From Eledone cirrhosa (taxonomy: Eukaryota), in NCBI GenBank assembly GCA_964016885.1, contig OZ024743.1, forward strand, positions 280,054,001 through 280,118,000: a stretch of 64,000 bases of DNA. The letters are read 5' to 3'. This document shows positions 54,391-64,000 of the stretch, one piece after another. Under the pieces are notes generated by a model, which was given only the letters and a program-made list of their open reading frames with translations, did no database searches and was not told the origin of the DNA. How positions within the stretch are numbered: the stretch's first letter is position 1; every line of letters begins with the position of its first letter. The translations under genes and the position numbers were made by a program.

Positions 54391-54685
54391 ACATTGGCGC
54401 TCTCTTTATCGTTTGTTAATCAAAGACTCAGTAGGTATCCCTCGTGTCCTACTTTTTCTACAGATGTTTACTCTGGACTTCAGTTGATATCAGCAACCAA
54501 TGTTTACATCAATATATGATAACTGATGTTATTGGCGAGGAAGGAAAAAAGACAAACGGCGAAGGAATGGTAATGGCGGAAAGAAAGAAAGACGGAGATG
54601 ATGCTATGAGGGTGAATAAGTGTGGCCCAGAGAGTGAAAGAAACAAAGAAACTGAGAGAAGGAAGAGAGAGATAGATAGATAGAT

Positions 54686-54739
<54 letters not shown>

Positions 54740-55457
54740 AGAAACAGAGAAAGACATCTGATAAGTCGGTTAAACATCACGTATGACCAGGGAAGGGGAT
54801 ACAAGAATGTGTCTCTGCACGCACTTGTATGCGTGTATTTGTGAGCACACGCACCTGTGTGTGTAGGTGTGTACTGTTGGCCAAGTGACAAGCTAAGGCA
54901 GAGGGAGATGGAGTGAGAAAGAAATAGAATGGTAACGTTAATACAATAGAGAGAAAAATATGAGAAATCTCAATAAAGGAATTTGTATTTCTTTTTCTCA
55001 ATAGACTTATATAGACTCCTCTTTAATCGGCGAGGATAACTTAATCCAGAGAGCCCAGTCGGGCAGGCCAGCCAGGCAACCAGCAAGACCAATCTATCCA
55101 GCCGGATCAGCCAGCCAAGCCGGATCAGCCAGTCCCTCTCGGCAAACTCGGCTCAGTCAAACCTTCCTCAGACTAAGTTTTTTTATCTGTCTAAAATAGG
55201 GAACATATTCTTATTCCAGACCTCTATGTTAACAGCTAAATAAAATATTCTTATATTGTATAAAATTCGGAACATATATTTAATTTCCGACCAGTATGTT
55301 TATATTTTAGAGCTAAAAAGTTGCTTAGTCTCTGAAAATAAGAAAATACCTAGCTAAAATATGAATATACAACTGGGGAATGGGAAATATCTTCCAACAT
55401 TAGACTGCCCATTGCATCATATACCATCATATAATGTATTATTTATAGTAGCAAACA

Positions 55458-55675
55458 ATAATAATGGGTTCTTGTATAGGCACAAGGCCAGTCATTTTTT
55501 TTAGCGGGGGGGGGGGGGGGGTCGATTAAATCGACCCCAGTGTGTGATTGGTACTTTACTTTATCGACCCCGTGAGGATAAAAATTAACCTCAGCGAGAT
55601 TTGAACTCAGATCATAAAGAGCCGTAACTCTATGCCGCAAAACATGACATCCGACTCTCAACCGATACTGCCAAT
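55458..55675 (-). mobile_element. tRNA-derived SINE (same superfamily as 2123)
   Basis: Reverse complement: TTGGCAGTATCGG...GAGTTCAAATCTCGCTGAGG...GGGGTCGATAAA...TGGCCTTGTGCC. Confidence 0.8.
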
Positions 55676-56092
55676 GATAATGATAACAATGTTGAGCCCT
55701 TTAAGTATTCTGGTCTCTTTCTACAGCCCAATCAACCCCTAAATCATCATTGGCGTGAAACTAAATGTCCTACGGCGTGTCACTCATTTAAGGTTTAAGT
55801 TTAAAATGTCGGACGAATGTCTGTAAAACATTCATCTGTATCTCGAAACTGACATACTGTATTCGTTGATAATTACAGTTCGACTTAATTTATTTTAACG
55901 TGTAACAAAAATGACGTGTAGTTATCAACCAACAACGATTAGAATTGAGGTGTAAAAAAACATGAATGCTAAGGAATGATTATCATATGTAACTTCTATA
56001 ACAGACAACCTCGATAACCAAAAAAATAAGTTTCCCCGAGAGCATTTTACAATCAAATGTAGTCTACGTAAACGCGACAAACTACAATTGGT

Positions 56093-56133
<41 letters not shown>

Positions 56134-56135
<2 letters not shown>

Positions 56136-59100
56136 TTTTCTTTATTAACCACAAGGGTTTACATAAAGTAGACATTAAGGACAGTACAGGACAATACAGG
56201 ACGGTACAAATGGGCATTTCTGCGTGTAAAAAAACGGAGGTTGAAATAAAATAACAAAGAAAAATTCCCCAATAGGGGGGAGACTTCCGAGGGACATTTG
56301 TGGAGAAAGCCCATTAAAGGACCACAGTGGCCCTGACCACCAGGGCAAGTGCCCTCTCCCAGTTTTCCACCTTTAATTTACAGACACATACTCAGAGAAG
56401 GCCCATTCATTTGGGCCATACTTGCTTCTCTCACCCATCTTTCAACAAAATGCTGGGAAGAGAGCATTTCCCTCTCTACCCTGATTTTCCTTTTCAAATG
56501 AAATTTGAAAAAGTTAATCAGGGCATCACCGAAGAGGTAAGTGCTCGTCTTCAGCCCTTTCAAACGTGTCCACCATACTATCTCTTTCGCCATGGCCACC
56601 AGACAGATAAAAACTGCCTGCCCTTCCCGGCTAAAGGAAGGGGGCGGGGAAATCCTCACGGTGGTCTCAGCTGATAGCTGGATCCGTCCTACACGTGACA
56701 GCAGGTGTTCGACATAAACCCACAAGTCAGCAATGCTCGGACACTGGACGAGTGCGTGCAGAACGGTTTCGTCGCCCTGCGCGCATCTCGGACATGCCCG
56801 GTTGACGGCACCTCCATGCCTGTAGAGTTTATCCCGAACTGGCAAAGCTCCTCGGTAGCACTGCCAGGCCAGGGATTTCTGGAAGTTGTCCATAGGCCCC
56901 GGCCCGAAAGTCCTTCCGAAGAGATTGGCTAGTTGATTTTCGTCGACGCCTAGAGTTTCTCCAAGTACGTCGTCGCTCTTCCCCTCCACTAATCCCCTAT
57001 AGAACGCCAAGGTGGAGTTTCCACCGATCACATTGCCCGATTGGTCGAGGGCTGTGAGCGCCTGAAGACATTCCAGTCTCCAAGCGCTCCCTCTCGGTTT
57101 TCGCTTGACCCAGGACTGCAGCTCCGTCAAGGAGACGAGCTGGGGAAAAACGTGTCTAGCAAACGGTGACCACACCTGATCACCGTCGAGGAAGAGGTGG
57201 AGATGTCGTAGCCTGAGCGCGTGTCTGCGCATCATCAGCCACGGCATGCCCAGCCCTCCACGTAGCGGGTGTTGACAGCAGATGGACCGCCTGACCATCG
57301 GAGCGCGTCCCTTCCACAAGAAGCGAAACAGCAAACGCTCCAGCGCAGTCAGGCGGGGCTTAGGACAAGGTACGACGGTCAGGCGGTAGTAGATGACGGA
57401 TGCGATGTACGCATTCGCCACCTCCGCTCGACCTTTCAGGGATAGCTTCCTCTCGGCCCATTTCTGGGTGAGATAAGCCACCCTGCTCGTCACCTCGTCC
57501 CAGTTTTTGTCCGTCTGGAGGTCTGGACCGAACCAGAACCCTAGCAATTTAACCAGTCCGTCCGTCCAGCGCCAGACGACGCTGTTGGACGGCATGGACC
57601 TGCTTCTCCAGGTGCCGAGCTGCAGGCCCACTGACTTTTCCTGGTTGATCATTGTTCCTGTCACCGCTTCGTATTCTCTTAGTGTAGTACCGATCGCCTC
57701 GATGTGTTTGGCGTTCGACACCACTACGGTGACATCGTCGGCATATGCTGACACGGCTCTTCCGCATCCTAGTTCGCGCGGGATCCCCCTCAACGTCTCC
57801 AGTTTGTGCAGTAATGGCTCGAGAGTCAATACGTACACTAGGGACGAGAAGGGACATCCTTGGCGGACCGAGCGCATGATGTTGAACGGTTCCGAAAGGT
57901 GACCGTTCACTCTCACTACAGAGCAGATGTCGCTGTGCATGGCAGCCATCCAGCCTCTGAAGACGGGCCCAAAGCCAGCCGCCTTCAGGACTGCCGCTAG
58001 GTAAAGATGGTCGACCCTATCGAAGGCTTTCGATTGATCTAAATTGATCAAAGACCCACCCGTGCCAGGTTCTCTAGCTACCCTCTCTACGATGTATCGC
58101 ATGAGGTGGAGGTTGTCGTGGATGGATCTGTCGGGAATAGCGCATGTCTGTGCCTCTCCCACCAGACTACCAACGACAAGCGCCAACCTCTTTGACAACG
58201 CAGCCTTCGTGCTTTGCATTGAAGAATTGGTCAAGGGCCAATTTCGCTGCAAGTACGTCGGTCGCGATGCCTTTGCTAAGCGCCTCATCTAATTTTCTAA
58301 CTAGTTCCCCCTCTGCTCTATTTTTCTCTATTGCTAAAGTCTTACTAAACCTAATGGACTCTATTCTAATTGCTCTTTTCAGAGCAAACCACCACTTGTT
58401 GTTGACGATGGCCCCCGTCAACGCCCGCTTAACTAGTTCGCTAATCCGGTCTCTGTAGGCCTTGCGCGCTGGTAAGGACGCGTTTAGCTTCCAGTAGCCG
58501 GGTCCTCGCCTATGAAGCGTATCTAAGTCAAGCACACAGATCACGAATTTGTGGTACGTGTAGCTGACTATCTTGAATTGTGGACAGCCTATGCTAGACC
58601 TATCTATTTCCCTACAAAATACTCTATCTAGATATGATCTGGATGACCCTATGCGATTTGTCCAAGTCCACATTGGTACATTCGGGAAATCCATTCGGTA
58701 CCTGTCAGACAGTTCAAAACGTCTGAGCAGGTTGGTGAGACGCTTGCACCCTCCTTCCCTATCCACTAATCCCACACAGTCCCAGCGTGCATCTAAGATC
58801 CCGTTCCAGTCGCCCACTAACACTAAAGAGCGGGACGTTCCAAGAAAGGTCTCCAGACGCCGGAAGAAATCAGGCCGCCCTGCTCCTGTCGGGGCATAGA
58901 CGGCCACTAACCTGAAAGCTTGCCCGTCTCCGCTGGTCACGTCCAGCACCACCAACGTACCTTCTGGGTCCAGGAAGATGGCCCGTATGGCAAGATCCAA
59001 ACCTCTCCGAAAAAGCACAGCAACTCCTCCCCCCGATCCCGGACGGCTGGGAGATGCGTACACATCGTAGCCGCCAAAGATCGGTGCGAAAGCCTGTGCT

Positions 59101-59795
59101 TCGTAGATTCTGGTCTCGCTGATGGCCACTACATCTATGTTTAGTGACCTGAGGTCGTTGAGCAGGTGGCCCTGCTTCCATGACGACCCCAAGCCACGCG
59201 CATTTATGCTGCCTATTCTGAGTGAGGTCATGTTGAAAAGGAGTGGAAAAGATGGGAAAGACCACTTACCTTACTTCTCGTAGGGGAAGGACGGTTTTTC
59301 CATCCTTTTCACTGCTTGTGGCCTCCTCAGGAAGGATGTCCTTATAAATCCTCCTGGAGAGTGCTTGTCGGCAGTCTCCGATGTCTTTGGGGAATTTTTG
59401 TTTTAGTGTCATGTACGTTTTGTGTGTGATGCGAGTGATTTGTATGTGTGGAGGTGGTGTGAATTTTGGGGTTGTTGTGTAGTCTTTTTCTGTGATGCTG
59501 GTGTTGTGTTGGATGTAGTGTAATAATTGCTTGTTGTTCAAATTTAATACTGTGTAGTGTGTATCGTTTTGGTTGTTTTGTTTTGTTTGCGTTTGTTGTG
59601 GGTTTGTTTCTGTTTCGCATTTTGGTGACTTTTGTGGTGTAGGTGATGGTGGTGTTAGAGTTAATGATGGTGATGGTGTTGGTGTTTGGGTTGATGGGGT
59701 TGGTGATGCTGGTGTGGATGGTGGCATATCTGTCCTAACTTTTTTGTTTCTTAGTTTATTTGTTTCCCTCTGTATTTTGTTTTTGGTGGGGGAAG
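56134..59795 (-). mobile_element. L1/Tx1-clade LINE copy B (ORF1 tail + ORF2 with an internal deletion), 3' end on (TAA)n
   Basis: APE (SINARGL, AISET, AVYAP, VGDWN, SYLDR, YWKLN), RT (LDQSKAFDRV, VRQGCP, AYADD) and C-terminal CPRC..ETVLHALVQC. Confidence 0.93.
56378..59231 (-). pseudogene. LINE ORF2 (APE-RT-Zn finger), frameshifted by a deletion of about 550 bp near 58195
   Basis: ORFs 58167-59231 and 56378-58288. The missing part is present in copy A (about 60374-60923). Confidence 0.9.
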
Positions 59796-62700
59796 AGCTG
59801 CAGGCCCACTGACTTTTCCTGGTTGATCATTGCTCCTGTCACCGCTTCGTATTCTCTTAGTGTAGTGCCGATCGCCTTGATGTGTTTGGCGTTCGACACC
59901 AATACGGTGACATCGTCCGCATATGCTGACGCGGATCTTCCGCATCCTAGTTCGCGCGGGACCCCCCTCAACGACTCCAGTTTGTGCAGTAATGGCTCGA
60001 GAGTCAATACGTACAAGAGGGACGAGGGGGTACATCCTTGGCGGACCGAGCACATGATGTTGAACGGTTCCGAAAGGTGACCGTTGACTCTCACCACAGA
60101 GCAGATGTCGCTGTGCATGACAGCGATCCAGCCTCTGAAGACGAGCCCAAAGCCAGCCGCCCTCAGGACTGCCGCTAGGTAACGATGGTCGACCCTATCG
60201 AAATCTTTCGACTGATCTAAATTGATCAACCCACCCGTGCCAGGTTCCCTAGCTACCCTCTCTACGATGTATCGCATGAAGTGGACGTTGTCGTGGATGG
60301 ATCTGTCGGGAATGGCGCATGTCTGCGCCTCTCCCACCAGACCACCAACGACAAGCGCCAACCTCTTTGCTGGCACCTTGGCCAAAATCTTGAACTCTGT
60401 GTTTAGCAGAGTTATGGGCCTGAAATTATCTATGTTATCCCCCTTGTTCGGATCCTTTCTCAGCAGTGCCACCGCTCCTCGGCTCACAGAGCTGGGAATT
60501 CTCCCGTTGTGTTGCCAGTTGCAGTAGACGTCCGCCAAGAGGCCTCCGAACAGGTCTGGCATCTGTACGTAACGTTCATAGGGCAGACCATCCAAACCAG
60601 GCGATTTACCCCTTGTGCAGCCAGTCATTGCCTCCCGTACGTCAGCGGCTGTTATCGGCTTTTCGCAACACTCCGCCCCAGTGGCCGAGAGCCGCGGCAG
60701 TCCGTCGAGGTAGACACTAAAGTCCATCCCTCGACCCGGCCCACCGCTGCCCCCCGAAGTGTCGCTGAAAAGCTTCACACATTTGCCCGGGATCGAGTAG
60801 CATGCGCCCGTCGTGGTCCACCAAAGACCGGATCGTGGCTTTGTTGCCACGACGCACCTCCACCACTCGGGCCCATTGAACGGCTTTCGTCCCCTCGTGT
60901 CTGAGAGCACGCACCCTAGCTCTGACAACGCAGCCTTCGTGCTTTGCATTGAAGAATTGGTCAAGGGCTAATTTCGCCGCAAGCACGTCGGTCGCGATGC
61001 CTTTGCTAAGCGCTTCGTCTTATTTTCTAACTAGTTCTCCCTCTGCTCTATTTTTCTCTATTGCTAAAGCCTTACTAAACCTAATGGATTCTATTCTAAT
61101 CGCTGTTTTGAGAGCAAACCACCACTTGTTGTTGACGATGGCCCCCGTCAACGCCCGCTTAACTAGTTCGCTAATCCGGTCTCTGTAGACCTTGCGCGCT
61201 GGTAAGGACGCGTTTAGCTTCCAGTAGCCGGGTCCTCGTCTATGAAGCCTATCTAAGTCAAGCACACAGATCACGAATTTGTGGTACGTGTAGCTGACTT
61301 TCTCGAATTGTGGACAGCCTATGCTAGACCTATCTATTTCCCTACAAAATACTCTATCTAGATATGATCTGGATGACCCTATGCGATTTGTCCAAATCCA
61401 CATTGGCACATTCGGGAAATCCAATCGGTACCTGTCAGACAGTTCAAAACGCCTGAGCAGATTTGTGAGGTTCTTGCACCCTCCACCCCTATCCGCTAAT
61501 CCCACACAGTCCCAGCGTGCATCTAAGATCCCGTTCCAGTCGCCCACTAACACTAAAGAGCGGGACGTTCCAAGAAAGGTCTCCAGACGCCGGAAGAAAT
61601 CAGGCCGCCCTGCTCCTGTCGGGGCATAGGCGGCCACTAGCCTGAAAGCTTGCCCGTCTCCGCTAGTCACGTCTAGCACCAACAACTTACCATCTGGGTC
61701 CAGGAAGATGGCCCGTATGGCGAGATCCAAACCTCGCCGAAAAAGCAGAGCAACTCCTCTCCCCGGTCCAGGACGGCTGGGAGATGCGTACACATCGTAG
61801 CCGCCGAAGATCGGTGCGAAGGCCCGTGCTTCGGAGATTCTGGTCTCGCTGATGGCCACTACATCTATGTTTAGTGACCTGAGGTCGTTGAGCAGGTGAC
61901 CATGCTTCCATGACGACCCCAAGCCACGCGCTTTTATGCTGCTTATTCTGAGTGAGGACATGTTTAAAATAGAGTGGAAAAGATGGGAAAGACCACTTAC
62001 CATACTTTTCGTAGAGGAAGGATGGTTTCTCCATCCCTTTTCGCTTGATCGTCTGGTGAAGGGATCGTTGAATCGTCCCTTCGGCTGGTTGTCGGATCTT
62101 CTATGAGTATGTCCGTATATACTCTCCGGTTGAGAGTCCCTCCTAGGTCTCTGAAATCACCAACTGCGTTGGGGAATTTCGTTTTAATGTTTGTGTATTG
62201 TTTCTGTGCTATTTTTAGCAGTCTTATGATCGTTAGCGTTTTGATTGGTGCTGGTATTATGTAGTCGTGCTGTGAAATGTCTGTGTGTTCAATTATGTAA
62301 GTCATTAGTTGCTTGTTGTGTGTATTTATTGCCGTGCATTTGTTTTTCTGGGGGTGGGGTGTGGTTCTGCTATTTTCTTGTCGTTGTTGCTGGGTGTGTG
62401 TGTTTTGTTGTTGTGTTTGCGATGTTGGTGCTTATGGTGGTGGTGTTGAAGGTGTTGTTGGCGGTGGGGTTGTCGCCGGTGCTGATGGTGGTGATAGAGT
62501 GGGTGGTGATAGTGTTGGTGGTGTTGCTGCTGTGAGTCTCTTTGCAGTAGCCTTTACCTTTTTTCATTTCTTTCCTCCCTTTTCGAAGGCGAGGATGCGC
62601 TGCTTCTGCGTTTGTGCCTTCTTACGTCCTTTTGCCATCCCTCTCCCACATCACACTCCATGTCTGATTTTATGAGGTCGGGGAGGGGTACCAGCTCCAC

Positions 62701-64000
62701 TCTTTCACTTGTTGTTGTTGGTGACGTTTGCAGTGCAGTCTCTGTTGCAGCTGCATTTGGTATTGCTGTTGTTGTTGTTAATAATTCCACTGCTGCTGCT
62801 GTTCTTGATTTCCGTGGAGTGGGTATGGGTGCCACGTACCTATCGTTCCTGGTTGCCGCTTGTCCTGTTGCTGGTAGCCGTAGAGCCGGTTTCGGAAGGA
62901 GGCGGATTTTTCCTTTCTCAGGGTCTTCTCGTTGCAGAAGGCCCTGAGGTGAGTCTTCGATCCACAGCGAAAGCATTTCGGGCGTTTGCCCTCAACACTT
63001 ATGGGCAGTTGAGTGCCGTTATCGAAGTCTATCACATCCGGGATAGCTTCGATCCACTCCTGGTTGGTTTGCATTAACATCTCAATGGAAGTGCCGACCC
63101 AATCTTCTCTTACTTTTTTCTGTACTTGCAGTACAGTTGTTTTGTCCTCGATTCCAACGAGGACAGACGCGGCGAGCCAAGAAGGGGCCATCCCGAGGGG
63201 GACGTGGGTCAGTTTGACCCTCACAATTTTTTGCCCGCAGTAGGAGGGCACCAACACCATTTCCTCGCTCCTTAGGGTCACTACTGATTGGGCCTTTGCC
63301 TCCTGGGGTGTGGCAAAAAGTACGTCTACGGTGGCATATTTTTTGCCTCGGGTGATGTGCGTTTTCCGCTGCCACACAGACCCCAAGGCTTTTTGTATTT
63401 GGGCCTCTGTGGCTCTTTCCACCCTACGGGATTTTGTACTTACTGTACGGTACGTGACCGTACAGTGCTCTTGGGTTTCGAAAAATGTTTCCGCTGCCTT
63501 GCAGATTGCTCGGTATCCATTCTTTGTCACCATCTTCTTCGCTTCCTCTAATTCCTCATTTGTTATGAGGATTGTTTCCAAGTTTTTCGCAATACCTGCA
63601 AATGAGATTGGTTTTTCTCTGCTGCTGCTGTAGTTGTTGTCGTCAGAGCTGCTGGTACTTTTGTTGTTGCTGCAGGTAGTACGACGACTACTGCCTCCGC
63701 CGCTGTTGCTGTGGTTGTTGTTGGTGTTGCTGCTGCTAATGCTGTTGTTGTTTATGCTGATGGTGATGCTGTTGCGGCTGCTACTGTTGTTTTCATTGTC
63801 ACTGTTGCTGTTGTTATTACGGCTGCTACTGCTATTATTCCTGACGTCAGACGAATGAACTGGGTTTTCGTATTTCCCGCACACCTGTTTCGTCGCTGTC
63901 GTCGTCGTCGTGGAGAAACCTTGCACGCTTTGCACGAGACTTTTCTTTTCTTTCGTCACTTGCGAAAGAGAAGGGAGGGAGAGAGACAATCTTCTCTCTG
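59796..64000 (-). mobile_element. L1/Tx1-clade LINE copy A (ORF1 + APE + RT up to KSVGLQL), 3'-truncated
   Basis: ORF2 fragments 61020-62003, 60717-60986 and 59756-60964 (KSPGLDGLP, FRPITLLN, VRQGC, AYADD). Highly similar to copy B in ORF2. Confidence 0.93.
61997..63989 (-). pseudogene. LINE ORF1 (gag-like, CCHC knuckle), frameshifted after about 62900
   Basis: SFAGIAK and CFRCGSKTHLRAFC. The tail peptide DGETILPLRKVW is homologous to copy B DGKTVLPLREVR. Confidence 0.8.

Overview
Eukaryotic, AT-rich, microsatellite-saturated repeat DNA with no recognisable host gene. The SINE and microsatellite content resembles an octopus/cephalopod genome (inference). The window is a nest of retroelements. 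It holds at least six Penelope-like elements (PLEs; RT + GIY-YIG): one near full-length Neptune-type, three Naiad-type and two others. It also has several ORF-less PLE terminal-repeat (pLTR) fragments, R4/Dong and CRE elements with restriction-like endonuclease, RTE fragments, two joined L1/Tx1 LINEs, a deleted Gypsy-type LTR element with a tRNA-Trp PBS, tRNA-SINEs, MITEs and Helitron-like pieces. Four signals stand out. (1) There are more than a dozen hammerhead-ribozyme (HHR)-like motifs, including non-canonical families: a core YUGANAA with a 51-56 nt helix II domain, and a core YCGANGA. (2) PLE insertions repeatedly show a fold-back (inverted 3' end) architecture, with arms from 15 bp to 1.5 kb. 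(3) The Neptune element has a candidate U_UUU_UUA -1 frameshift joining ORF1 to RT. (4) Different retroelement clades appear to use different microsatellite targets. All structures were parsed by eye, and boundaries are approximate to within a few tens of bases.
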